DNA from: Octopus bimaculoides
Lineage: Eukaryota
DNA length: 45,447 bases
Direction of reading: 5' to 3'
Assembly: GCF_001194135.2 (NCBI RefSeq)
Contig: NC_068998.1
Coordinates: forward strand, 39,561,450-39,606,896
Under the pieces are notes generated by a model. That model worked only from the letters and a program-made list of their open reading frames with translations. It did not search any database and was not told the DNA's origin. The position numbers and the translations under genes were made by a program. This document shows, piece after piece, positions 11,413-23,830 of the stretch (its first letter is position 1; each line of letters opens with the position of its first letter).

Positions 11413-11989
11413 GTATATATATGCTTATAAGTGTACATATGTGTATGGGTGTGTGCATGTGCTTGTGTATGAGACAGAAAGAGACAATAAATTAACATTG
11501 TAAATAGGTGATATATTCATATATTTCTCATATTTGTATATGCCTTTGCAGTCAATATGTAAACACTCACACACACATTTGCTTATACATGCATTCACAT
11601 ACATGCATTCACATACATGCATACACAATTAAAAATACACATACAAATGTATTTGTTCATTTTACATAGATTTTTTTCCATGCTTACATGGGTTGGATGA
11701 ATATGTTATTGAAGGTATTGTTTTACAACCAGATGCCCTCCCAGAAGCAAACCTTCACTTGTTTTTCAAAGTAAGGGATCTCTTATTCTATATACTTTTG
11801 AAGACAGAAAGTCACTGGACAATTTGTTGACTGGAGAAATGACAACAACAACAACAACACTGCCTGCTGTAACTTTTATACAAGTGCCTTCCCTATTTGC
11901 TCCCGTCCTTCTCTAATCTAAAAATGAATATTCAGAGAAGGCTTCTTGGTCCACCATGCAACCTTTAATAATAATAATAACAATAATCA

Positions 11990-12165
11990 TATATGCCCTG
12001 ATGCAGTACCAGGCAGTGGCTCTCATGGTTTCTGATCGTAACTGATTGGAAGTGGTAACATGTACATATTTTGTCCGGGTGTAAATGATGGCTACAAGCA
12101 GATTTGCTTGTCAGTTGCTTGACCATAACCGGTTGAGCATGTCTTTTAGTGGCGGATGATAATAA
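11990..12165 (+). mobile_element. Family H element, 5' fragment with an internal deletion
   Basis: (aat)n-catatatgccctgatgcagtaccaggcagtggctctcatgg...ccggttgagcatgtc...gtggcggatgat(aat). Confidence 0.7.
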
Positions 12166-12181
12166 AAATAATGTTAATAAA

Positions 12182-12352
12182 GGCGCAGGAGTGGCTGTGT
12201 GGTAAGTAGCCTGCTTACCAACCACATGGTTCTGGGTTCAGTCCCACTGTATAGCACCTCGGGCAAGTGTCTTCTACTATAGCCTCGGGCCGACCAAAGC
12301 CTTGTGAGTGGATTTGGTAGACGGAAACTGAAAGAAGCCCATCATATATATG

Positions 12353-12391
<39 letters not shown>

Positions 12392-12604
12392 TTGTGTGTC
12401 TGTTTGTCCTCCTAGCATTGCTTGACAACCGATGCTGGTGTGTTTATGTCCGCGTCACTTAGCGGTTCGGCAAAAAGAGACCAATAGAATAAGTACTAGG
12501 CTTACAAAGAATAAGTCCCGGGGTCGATTTGCTCGACTAAAGGCGGTGCTCTAGCATGGCGGCAGTCAAATGACTGAAACAAGTAAAAGAGTAAAAGAGT
12601 AAAG
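12182..12604 (+). mobile_element. tRNA-derived SINE family B, full length
   Basis: A-box-like TGGCTGTGTGG, B-box-like GGTTCAGTCCC, CORE-like GGCAAGTGTCTTC segment, internal (TA)n(TG)n, and a tail of GTAAAAGA repeats. Confidence 0.9.
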
Positions 12605-12616
12605 ATCACAACTTAC

Positions 12617-12714
12617 ATTGAAGAGCCAAAGCAGCCAGTTCAACAGTAGTCTCAAATGAACACTTGAGTTTCCCAGAAAGTATATCACTCTTGATTTGTA
12701 AGAAAAACATGTAC
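12617..12714 (-). CDS. EPB41L5: FERM-domain exon of a Yurt/EPB41L5-like gene (98 nt, phase 2 to phase 1): (R)[32 protein letters not shown](S)
   Basis: Minus strand ttgcag|GTACATG...CTTCAAT|gtaagt with a pyrimidine-rich acceptor. The peptide matches the FERM F2-lobe motif RYLFxLQxKxDILSGKLxCxFxTAVxLAAxxLQ. It joins in frame (T+CT=Ser) to the 3043-3163 exon. Confidence 0.95.
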
Positions 12715-12776
12715 CTGCAAAAAGAAGAAAAAAATATATTTATATAGAATATAAATAAATATATACATATAGTGAA

Positions 12777-13145
12777 GGCGCATGGCTCAGTGGTTAGAGC
12801 ATCGAGCTTATGATCGTGAGGTCGTGAGTTTGATTCCCAGACCGGGCTGCGTGTTGTGTGCTTGAGCAAGACACTTTATTTCATGNNNNNNNNNNGACCG
12901 GGCTGCGTGTTGTGTGCTTGAGCAAGACACTTTATTTCATGTTGCTCCAGTTCACTCAGCTGTAGAAATGAGTTGCAACATCACTGGTGCCAAGCTGTAT
13001 CGGCCTTTCCCTTTCCCTAGGATCACATCGATGGCATGGAGAGGAGAGGCTGGTATGCATGGGTGACTGCTGGTCTTCCATAAACAACCTTGCCCGGACT
13101 TGTGCCCTGGAGGGTAACTTTCTAGGTGCAATCCCATGGTCATCC
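12777..13145 (+). mobile_element. tRNA-derived CORE-like SINE family D
   Basis: GGCGCATGGCTCAGTGGTTAGAGC (A box), GTGAGTTTGATTCCC (B box), then CORE-like ttgagcaagacacttt...ctccagttcactcagctgtagaaatgag. Confidence 0.85.
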
Positions 13146-13323
13146 CTCTCATCCTTTCATACATATACACATATAAACACAGGCACACATATACATGTAT
13201 GTATGTTTATATATATATATATATCACTATCATCATCATTTAATGCCTGTCTTCCATGCTGGCATGGGTCAGATAATTTGATACATGGGAAGCCAGAGGA
13301 CTGTCAAGCTCAACAACACATCT

Positions 13324-13553
13324 TTAATTCTTTTGATACTAACCTACCTGAGACCATCCTTGGTTCTATGATACAAACTTGCTGTTTAAAAGTGATTTAA
13401 ATTAACACTTTCAATTAAAACTTCTTATAAGTCTATGTCTGAAACACCATTTTAATGATAGCCAAATTATGTTATTGAGTTCTTCAATATTTTCAAAATT
13501 AATTGAAATAAAAGCAATGTATTTCAGGGGGAAAATTGTCACAAAAGGGTGAA
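13324..13553 (+). mobile_element. piggyBac-type MITE family F (degenerate)
   Basis: ttaattcttttgatactaacc...acaaaagggtgaa; aligns by eye with 35428-35650. Confidence 0.65.
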
Positions 13554-15271
13554 TAGCCCAAACTTTGTTATTCTCAGGTATATTCTTTCACTGCTTTCAG
13601 TTACTGGATGATGGTCATGCTGGAGTACTACCCTTAAGATTTTGGCTGAATGTAGATATAGGCATGGTTGTGTAGCTAAGAAGCTTGCTTCCCAACCATG
13701 TGTGAAGTGCTTATATGTACTCTTGTCTAAACATCATGTAGTTGTAAATAAGCATCACTGTCATAAAAGTAAGAGTGTGTCTAATTATGATGAAATAACA
13801 CCTTGCTTGGAAACAGGTGAGGGTTGGTGACAGGAAGTGTATCTGTAGAAAAATCTGCCTCAACAAATTCCATACGATCCATGCAAGCATAGAAAAGTGT
13901 ACGTTAAGTGATGATGTCAAACCCAGTATTCTACTTAGAATTTATTTCATCAACCCTGAGAGAACAGAAGGCAAAGCCTACCTAGGTATAAAAGATGTAG
14001 GTATCTCTGATAAACTTTCATCTTTAATCACAGATGTCTTTTGTCAGGTCATTAAAACTACTGTTACTGCTACCATCAGCATTACCATCACCACAACTAC
14101 TATTACCAGTATGAATCTATGGGGGAGGCTGTATGTGGTCACTTGATCTGCTAAATGTAGCAGCCAAATCTCCCTCAATTCATATTCTATCATCTTAAAA
14201 ATGGGAAGGACAGATTGGAGAATATAGTCTATGATGCATACAAAGTTGGATAGTCATAGCTAGAACATCTCTGTTCCTAGATCTGCTCAATCAAGGAAAC
14301 AAGAATGATGATCTGGGGTTAAGTGACTGTTAATTACTCACACATCCGTCATCACCACCACAAATACCTTCACTGCCATGACCACCACAACAATCATACA
14401 GGAAGACATTTAGACTGTTGCACTCATTGACACAGCATAAGGAAATTACAAGGATGATGATGATGATGCAGAAGACGACGATAACAACAATGATTATGGC
14501 GATGACGATGGTGGTAGTGGTAATGGTGATTTATTTGTTGTCAAACAACCAATCAAAGAGCTGAATCAGTGTTGTTTTATTCAATTTTTTTGTCTTCTAA
14601 AATCACTTCAAGTGTTAAACATGTTTTCAATAAAGACACAGGAATCAGTTTTGTTTGTTTAATGTCTTGAATACAGAGAGAAGGAGGAGAGAGAAAGAGG
14701 AGGGAGAGGGAGAGAAAGAGATTTTTTATTAATTTCAGTCTTAATAACTGCTAGTGAGAACTTTGTAAAAGGCAATTTAACCATTGAGGCAAAGTTTAAA
14801 GGGAAATGGATTAGGCAGGCCATTGAGTAAATGAGGAAGAATAAATAAATGAATGAATAAATAAATAAATAAAAGACCTAACACTTTTAATCCCAACCCA
14901 CATGAGGCCATCTATACTAAAGTCTTTATATTTAACTTAAGATCTCCAAAATTTTATTACAAAGAGAACAACATAAGATTTTAAAGTTGGTTGACATGAG
15001 CCATAAGTTCAACAAACACTTGATTTGATAGAAATAGAAATTAAAAATCTCTTTCAAATCACACCCTATTTACTGTCTTATTGGAAGCATACATTGGTTA
15101 ATGTAGTTAGTCACTTAAATATGTAATGTCTGAGAACATGCACAGGATGGTCATAGCTGGAAAACGTTTGATCACAAGTCTATTGCACCATGGCTAACCT
15201 AGAGCTCAATATCAACCAATATATATAATATTTTACTAATCATATATAATAATAATGATGATGATGATGAT

Positions 15272-15690
15272 GAAATATTCTGCTCAATATCATAGATTGG
15301 CTTCACGGTTACTTGATCTTAACCAGTCAAGCATGTCCCTTTAGTGGCTGACAATATGTGCATCTTTGATCATGAACACTAGGTGAGAATCATAGCCATG
15401 TATTGAGAGGAATTCTTTGGGATTTGAACAATTCACTGCTGGAAACATGAGTGTTTCGTTCAACATCCTTAAGCAACCTTTATCCTGGGACCTTTTGAAC
15501 AGGATGGGCTACCTGACCTGAAGAAATTCTAATTGGGCCTCACCTGCAAAGTCATGCACTGTTTATCTTGATAAGAAATCACCATGTCGGGCACATATGG
15601 TTGTGATGCATGGGTAGTCATGGTGGGTATACTGAGCTTGTATATTTTACCCCAGTGCCACTTTGATGGCATGCACTGCTCTCTCATTCA
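15272..15690 (+). mobile_element. Family H element, 5'-truncated copy
   Basis: Aligns to 42760-43068 and continues to ...gatggcatgcactgctctctcattc-(aat)n. Confidence 0.75.
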
Positions 15691-17239
15691 ATAATAATAA
15701 TAATAATCATGCGATGATTACTGTGATGTGTTTCAGCATGCTGCATTAGGGACTTTTGACTCCCGTTAGTTTTGGTAGGTCCTGCCAACAATATCAATAT
15801 AGCTGAATGGTCTCTAAGTAGTAAAGTGCAGGAATCTCCAAATTATAGCACTAGATGTAGCTTGTTGTTCATCACAGTAGCAATGGCCAACAAATCCTGC
15901 CCAGTACTGAGTAACAACAATAGAGATGGGTGGAAATATTTCAAAATGAACAAAGCTAACAAATCCACTCACATGGCTTTCATCAACTTGAGGCTACAGT
16001 AGAAAACACTTGCCCAAGGTGCCATGCAGTGGGACCGAACTCGGAGCCATGTAATTGGAAAGTAAACTTCTTAACCACACAGCCACACCTGCACTGTATC
16101 AAAAATTAATTGAAAAACCACATCTGAAGTCTACTCATTAGAAATATAGCAATGAAAGAGCTCAAGTAAATAACACGCAGATAGTTAAAACACAGAAATG
16201 ATTAATAAATATAAACAGATCTTCTCATTACAGAGATGGGGACGGGGTGAGAGATACAGCCACTAGAACTTTTGATAACAAATCAACTTTTTTTTTTGAT
16301 ATTTTTAAATAAACATTTCAGTTTATCATACTTTTCTGCTCCCCTGCCACTAAAATACTTGCACATGTAAAACAAAACTAAAAAAAAAAAAAAAATGGAA
16401 GAAAGAAAGTAAAGCAATGTAAATAATATCCTTTGGCACGAGAAAAGGAGATTCTGTTAGAATAACAGACATAAGAGATTAGAGTTAAGAGATTACTGAG
16501 GACTTCGACCAACTGGAATTCATGGCGCAAATGAAGGGGTTTTGTTGTGTGCTAGGGGTCTGTGAAAAACAGCATGCCTTATAAAGTTATAAAACTTTTA
16601 GGAAGTGAGTCCCAAGTGAGTTTCAAGGGAACGTTTCCTTCAGTCCTCAGTCATAAAATTCAAGCTTTATAAAAATCCCTTGCCTAATGTTGGTAATAAT
16701 TCAATAATAAGCAAATAAATTTACTTTCCTACAAATTAATAACAAACAAAACATTATATGTGATATATCTTCATGTCATTTAGTTCGTTTTAGCCATAAT
16801 GTCTAAGATTATGCTGAAGCATAGGTACATTTTACACACATACACACACATCTTCATCATCATCATTTAATATCTGTTTTTCTATGCTGGCATGGGTTGG
16901 GCAGTTTTAACAGGAACTGGCAAGCCAGAGGACTGTACCAAGCTCTACTACCTGCTTTGGCATGGTTTCTATGACTGGACACCCTTCCTAATGCCAACTA
17001 GTTTACAGAGTGTACTGCACACATCTTACATGGAACTAGTACCAGTGAGGTCACCAAGTCACTTGCAAGACAAAGACTACTCAACTAAGGGAAGTAGTAG
17101 TATTGAGGGAAATGGCTTTGGGTCAGGTGATCAGAAGCTACACACACACACACACACATTTCTTAGGAGGGTCATTTTACTAATAAGTAACATATAGAGT
17201 GGTTCATTTTCACATCTTTCTATTATTTCTAATTTAAGC

Positions 17240-17441
17240 ACAAGGCTAGCAATTTTGAGGGAAGGAGGCTTTTTGATACCACTGACCCTAGTATTTGATG
17301 GGTACATTATTTTATTGACCACATAAGGGTGAGTAAAGCTAACCTTGGTGAGACTTGAACCTAAAACAGAAAGAGTTGTAATTAAAATACTTCAAGGAAT
17401 TTTGTTTGATACTCAAATGACAGTGACAATACACCAACTTC

Positions 17442-17488
<47 letters not shown>

Positions 17489-17714
17489 TCTTTCTACTAT
17501 AGGCACAATGCCTGAAACTTGGAGGAGGGGACTAGTCGATTATATCGATCCCAGCATTTCACTGGTAATTTATCAACCCCGAAAGGATGAAAGGCAAAGT
17601 CAACCTTGGCAGAATTTGAACTCAGAACATAGCAACAGGGGAAATACCTCTAACCATTTCATCCAGCGTGCTAACGATTCTGCCAGCTCTCTGCCTTAAT
17701 AATAATAAATATTA

Positions 17715-17746
<32 letters not shown>

Positions 17747-17880
17747 GATGATCTCAAATTTTGGCACAAAGCCAGCAAGTCTGGAGAAAGAAGTAAGTTG
17801 ATTACATCGAGCCCAGTGTCAAACTGGTACTTATTTTATCAACCTTGGTGGAATTTGAACTCAGAACGTAAAGATGGAAT

Positions 17881-17917
<37 letters not shown>

Positions 17918-18150
17918 TGATGATGATGATGATGATGATGATAATTCTTTCAACTACAGGCACAAGGCCTGAAATTTTAAGGGAGGAGATAGGCAATTGC
18001 ATTGACCCCAGTATTCAACTGGTACTTATTTTATTGTCCCTGAAAGGATGAAAGGTACAGTTGACCATGGTAGAATCTGAACTCAAAGTTAGGTGGCAAT
18101 ACTGCTAAGCATTTTGCCCAGCATGCTAATGATTGTGCCAACTTGCCACT

Positions 18151-18197
<47 letters not shown>

Positions 18198-18415
18198 CAT
18201 TTCTACAATAGACTGACAGACTCATTACTAAGCTAGATAAAATGCTTAGCAGCATTTTTTTTCGTCTCTTGATGTTCAGAGTTCAAATTTTGCCAAGGTC
18301 GACTTTGCCTTTCATCCTTTCAATGTCAATAGAATAAGTACCAGTTGAACACTGGGGGTCGATATAATCAGCTAACACCACCCCTCAAAGCTGCTGACCT
18401 TGAGCGAAAATTAGA
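17240..18415. mobile_element. Cluster of about five SINE family C copies separated by (AAT)n/(GAT)n tracts
   Basis: Minus copies at ~17240-17440, 17488-17700, 17752-17880 and 17943-18150; plus copy at ~18199-18415. They share gaaaggatgaaaggcaaagt(c/t)gac and aatttgaactcaga. Confidence 0.85.
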
Positions 18416-19447
18416 TTATTATTATTATTATTAAGAACATTTGGAAATCTTTACCAACTGGGAATGAGTTAAATGTTTTGGTGCATGTCGGTGTAGTCAG
18501 AGAAGTAGGGTTGTAGACATACCCGATCCCCTCCCACCTATGCTGCAGCTATTAGTAATGAATGCTGACAGACTGGTAATAATCTCTGCTTCATCTACCA
18601 TCCCTTCCCACCCACCACCTCTTTATATATATAAACCAAACAGATGTATAAAGTGAAATTGCAGCTGCTGCTTAGAATTGAACTGGTTCACATGACTTTG
18701 AACACCAAAGTTTATTGATGATTAAGTCACACTAGTAAGCAAGGGAACACGTACATGGTCATTCAGTCTGCTAGAAACAGGAGCCGAATCTTTCTTGTTT
18801 GTTATGTGCTGAGGGTTGATTTAATGGATAAAACCCTCCACTAGGACCAATGACTATGTATCAGTGCCAGCCTATCTGTGAGCCACTGAGGGAGCCTATA
18901 TGTGGTCACTCCATCTCTAGAAATAGCATCTAAATCTCCCTCAAATCATATTGTTCCATCTTTACAAAGGACAGATAATGTGGTTCTAGGTTCCCTGCAC
19001 AATGGAAAAAGATGGGATGATCATGGTTGGAATACCTATCTTTTGATTACAGGTCAGTTTGTCTGACTGGTGACTAAATGGTTTGTTACTGAAGAACAAG
19101 GCCAGCAATTTTGATGGGGGAAGAAGTAATCGATACAAGTGATGAATGGCAAAGTTGACCTTGGCAGTATTTGAACTCGGGATATAGAGAGTCAGAACAG
19201 ATGCTTTGAAGCGTTTTATCTCTGATGCTCTAATGATTCAGCTAGCTCATACCACCTCTGATCTAGGACTGAATAACAACAATGAGTGATACAGGAAAAA
19301 ACAAAAAACAAAGGAGCTTCTACCAGGATACTCAGTCCACTAGAAATAACAGTCAAATAACCACAAAAACATTCCACAATTTAAATTTTGTCCAGAATCT
19401 GTAACTGAACCAGTTCACTGCTCATAACTTTAAATCTTAAAGCCTTC

Positions 19448-19550
19448 GTCATTACCACCAGGTCACATAAAATTGAAGCTGTCAATATTACTACCAAGTC
19501 ACATGATCTTGAGGTCATTGACATCACTACCAAGTCACATGATTTATGAG
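19448..19550 (+). repeat. Tandem repeat, 3 x 33-37 bp
   Basis: The core actaccaagtcacatgat recurs; units start at 19448, 19481 and 19514. Confidence 0.8.
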
Positions 19551-20596
19551 GATATTTCAGGACAAAGAACAAGCTTGTATTTGGTTGCTCAGCTTGCAAA
19601 AACTAGCAGCCAAATAGCCTTATGCTGAATCTCCTCAAGAACTACAATAAGGGGACACATGTTTGTGGAATGCTTGGTCACTTGCATGTTAATTTTATGA
19701 GCAGGCTGTTCTGCTGATCGGATCAACTGGAACACTAGTCATCATAACCAACAGAGTGCCATGTATAGCCTATATTCTACATTTACACCCAATACTATAC
19801 AGTACCACACAACATTGTAGTCCTCCACAGCTTCAACTTGTACTTCATTACTATAAAGGGTGAATGGTAAAGACATGCATCATCGATGCATTGCTGGACA
19901 TATTCCTTTTTATGCCTGACCTGAAGTTGTTTTGGTCACACCATTGACTTGTTAATGCTGTAACACTGACCCATTTTTACTAGTTGAGTGGACTAAAGCA
20001 ACATGAAATAATGTACTTTGTCCAGACACAATACACCTTCTGGACTGGGAATTGAACCCATGACTTTATGATTGAGAGCCATGGATTCATCAAATGACTA
20101 AACCAAATATGTTCTCTATACATCAATACTAAAATGCATCACAATTTCTACAAACACCTCATAAAAATTGCCTCTTGCATTAAAAAAGAATTGGGTAGAC
20201 AGAGACTACGAAGAAGCCTGTTACACAAACTGTCTCTAATGAGTCATGTTTTTTTATGTTTTTCTTTACCCTAACTCCTTAAGTCTCAGAGCTCCTACCC
20301 TGTAAAAACAGGTTATGGGGGCTGCCCTTCCTCCTGTGACTAAACCAAAAAGAATTTTCTCTTTTTTTTTTTTTAAACCTATGTCTCACTGCCACATAGC
20401 ACCATACTTCTTTACATGTATCACACAGTCTGCTTTTTGCATAGGAAAAGCAAACCCCCCCAAACACATTTTTTTTATAAAAACAAAACTGCTCCCTTCT
20501 ATTCCTTTCTTATTTGAGCAACAGTGATGAAAACGGTAGGGGCAGATACAGGGGGAAGTTATGCATGGGTATGGTATTCTCCTACTTTTCATCTCT

Positions 20597-20632
<36 letters not shown>

Positions 20633-21654
20633 CAGCTTATAACATCTAATCCAGACATGGGCAATCTTTAGTGAGAAGTGGGCTGCAGGAGACATTGCTC
20701 ATTATTAAGCAGGCTGCACTACCCCAAAAATTCAAGTTAATTTTTTTGTTGGTATGCCACTCGTAAAGCCCCTCAGACCAAAGGTTGCCTCTGACTGGTC
20801 TAATCCCATTTTAGATTAAGACTTTAATCTCTTGGACCTTAGTGTTCCTCTAGCCCCTAATATTCATTTCCCTCTCCATCAAGCAACTGCATGTTCACTA
20901 AAAACAAAGGTCAGTGATATAATTATATATCAAATCACAAGCAATGGAACTTATCTAATCTCCAAGCATACAAAATGGATATTCAATGCTAACAACTTGA
21001 TGGTTATAACACGATATATCACAGCAGGTGCATAGCAAATAGGATATCGGATATTTAACAGCAACAGCAGCATGCTGGATGGCCATGGGACAGGATTTTA
21101 ACGATTAAAAACATTCTTTACTGATAACATCAACAATAATAATGATAATAATAAAGTAAAATATTGTCAAGACACCTATTTCAGGCTGACATGAATAAAA
21201 TAATTTAAAAGTTTGTTGTTATTGTTGTAACAGCAGTTGTTATGGCATGATTCAAATGAGTGGAGCAGAGCAGCCACGCCCACACTACCTCAGTGAAAAT
21301 TTCTATAACTCAGATTAACAAAGGAGGCTCTATGTAGTCACTTGCCAGGCTAGAAGCAGCAGTCAAACCATTAAAAACCACATACTGCTGTTTTGAGAAA
21401 ATAAAAAAAGGAAGTTTACACTGGATAATGTACATCTAGAGTCATCATCATCATTTAACATCCGTTTTTCATGCTGGCATGGGTTGGATGGTTTGACTGA
21501 AAGCTGGTAAGCTGGGGAGTTGCACGAGGTTCCAACCTGATTTGGCATGGTTTCTACAGCTGTATGACCTTCCTAATGCTGACCATTAAAAAAAAGTAGC
21601 CATAGATGGAATCTATTTGGCCATAGGTCCACTCAATCTACAAATGCAAGCTCA

Positions 21655-21855
21655 TGAGGGAGCCTCTATGAGTTTGCTTGACTACTAGAAACTGCAGCTG
21701 AATCATGTGATGCCTTAATAAAATAGGACACATTGAATAATTTGATCCTAGATACACTGTGACTGACAAAGAAAAAAAAAACGATGGAATGGTCATGGTT
21801 GGAATATTTTTGATTACAAATCTGCTCAGAGTGAACTTGGGGTTAAACAACACAC
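21655..21855 (+). mobile_element. Family G dispersed repeat with an (AAC)n-like end
   Basis: gggagcctctatg...ctagaaa...gcagc...cacattg...gatggaatggtcatggttggaat...ggggttaaacaacac. Copies at ~14118-14330, 15045-15215, 18888-19075, 29345-29545 and 36420-36600. Confidence 0.7.
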
Positions 21856-22138
21856 TAACATTATCATCATCATCATCGTTTAATATTCACCTTCCATGCT
21901 GGCATGGGTTGGACGGTTTGACAGGAGCCGGCCAGGGAGAAGACTACACCAGGCTACTGTGTCTGTTTTGGCATGGTTTTTACAGATGCATGCCCTTCCT
22001 AACACCAACCACCCCATGGAAAAGATGGAATGCTTTTCACATGGTACCAGCACAGGTGAGGTCACTTGGGGTTTTGTTATTCTGAATTTAGACACTTAAC
22101 TGTACACATATTTTTATTAGCTCTATCTGAATATAGTA

Positions 22139-22776
22139 CTATTTTACTACTTTACTTGTTTCAGTCATTTGACTGCGGCCATGCTGGAGCACCGCCTTTA
22201 GTCGAGCAAATTGACCCCGGGACTTATTCTGTGTAAGCCTAGTACTAATTCTATAGGTCTCTCTTTGGCGAACCGCTAANNNNNNNNNNNNNNNNNNNNN
22301 NNNNNNNNNNNNNNNNNNNNNNNNNNNNNNNNNNNNNNNNNNNNNNNNNNNNNNNNNNNNNNNNNNNNNNNNNNNNNNNNNNNNNNNNNNNNNNNNNNNN
22401 NNNNNNNNNNNNNNNNNNNNNNNNNNNNNNNNNNNNNNNNNNNNNNNNNNNNNNNNNNNNNNNNNNNNNNNNNNNNNNNNNNNNNNNNNNNNNNNNNNNN
22501 NNNNNNNNNNNNNNNNNNNNNNNNNNNNNNNNNNNNNNNNNNNNNNNNNNNNNNNNNNNNNNNNNNNNNNNNNNNNNNNNNATATATATATATATATAAA
22601 TATATACATATATACGACAGGCTTCTTTCAGTTTCTGTCTACCAAATCCACTCACAAGGCTTTGGTCGGCCCCAAGGCTATAGTAGAAGACACTTGCACA
22701 AGGGGCCACACAGTGGGACTGAACTCGGAACCATGTGGTTGGTAAGCAAGCTACTTACCACACAGCCACTCCTGCG
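22139..22776 (-). mobile_element. SINE family B, young inverted copy (contains an N gap)
   Basis: Reverse complement of 12182-12604 on both sides of the gap 22280-22581. Confidence 0.9.
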
Positions 22777-23257
22777 TCTATATTGAGCACTATCATGACA
22801 TTATCATAATATTCATTTGTCAATAAGGTTTTGCTGTCACAAATCTATGTCAGTATGTCTGAAAACAACTGTTTAGGTTATTGTATTAAGTTGTCATAAT
22901 TACATTATGTCAAACCTACAAAAGCATAATGCCTGTGTCACTAAATATCATGAGATTGTGAAGGTTTCTAAAACTCTTTGTAATAAAATAGAATGTTGTT
23001 AATTTTCAACAGATCTACTAGCATTGCACATAAAAAACAAAATGTAATTCTAAAGTTCCAGAAACATATTATGTAACTGATTATCAGTTCTATTTTGAAT
23101 ATTATTAGGCTTTTTATGTGTAAGGTCACATTGAATAAATGGGAGCTTTTATAGCCTCCACCACAAAGCATAATGATTAAAACTATTAGGAAATTAAAAA
23201 ACAATTAACTAGGTTTATTGAATTTTCTTTGACTGAAGATGGTAAAATATACACATA

Positions 23258-23830
23258 GGCGCAAGTGTGGCTGTGTGGTAAGAAGCTTAAGGCGGCGAGC
23301 TGGCAGAAACGTTAGCATGCCGGGCGAAATGCTTAGCGGTATTTCGTCTACCGTTACGTTCTGAGTTCAAATTCCGCCAAGGTCGACTTTGCCTTTCATC
23401 CTTTCGGGGTTGATAAATAAAGTACCGGTTACGCACTGGGGTCGATGTAATCGACTTAATCTCTTTGTCTGTCCTTGTTTGTCCCCTCTATGTTTAGCCC
23501 CTTGTGGGCAATAAAGAAATAAGAAGCTTACTCCCCAACCACATGGTTCTGGGTTCAGTCCCACAGTGTGGCACCTTGAGCAAGTGTCTTCTACTATAGC
23601 CCCAGGCTGACCAAAGCCTTGAGAGTGAATTTGGTAGATGGAAACTGAAAGAAGCCCATCATGTGTGTGTGTGTGTGTGTGTGCGTGTGTGTATCTCCTC
23701 CACTGCTTGACAACCAGTAACTTAGTGGTTCAGCAAAGGAGACCAANNNNNNNNNNNNNNNNNNNNNNNNNNNNNNNNNNNNNNNNNNNNNGGAGACCAA
23801 CAGCTGCAGTCTAATGACTGAAACAAGTAA
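23258..23830 (+). mobile_element. SINE family B interrupted by a family C insertion
   Basis: The B head ggcgcaagtgtggctgtgtggtaagaagctta resumes at 23520 as taagaagcttactccccaaccacatgg. Confidence 0.85.
23290..23519 (+). mobile_element. SINE family C, young copy nested in family B with an 11-bp TSD
   Basis: ggcggcgagctggcagaaacgttagc...gagttcaaattccgcc...gtcgactttgcctttcatcctttcgggg; TSD TAAGAAGCTTA at 23279-23289 and 23520-23530. Confidence 0.9.

Noticed and set aside
12182-12255. tRNA-like sequences (also 12777-12845, 32525-32590)
   Set aside because: They are SINE heads with A/B boxes but no complete cloverleaf, and each continues into a SINE body.
12840-12941. Exact 46-bp direct repeat
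   Set aside because: It flanks a 10-N gap, typical of unmerged contig overlap. The GGAGACCAA duplication around gap 23747-23791 is similar.
19448-19550. CRISPR-like periodicity
   Set aside because: Eukaryotic context, no unique spacers and no cas genes; an ordinary tandem duplication.
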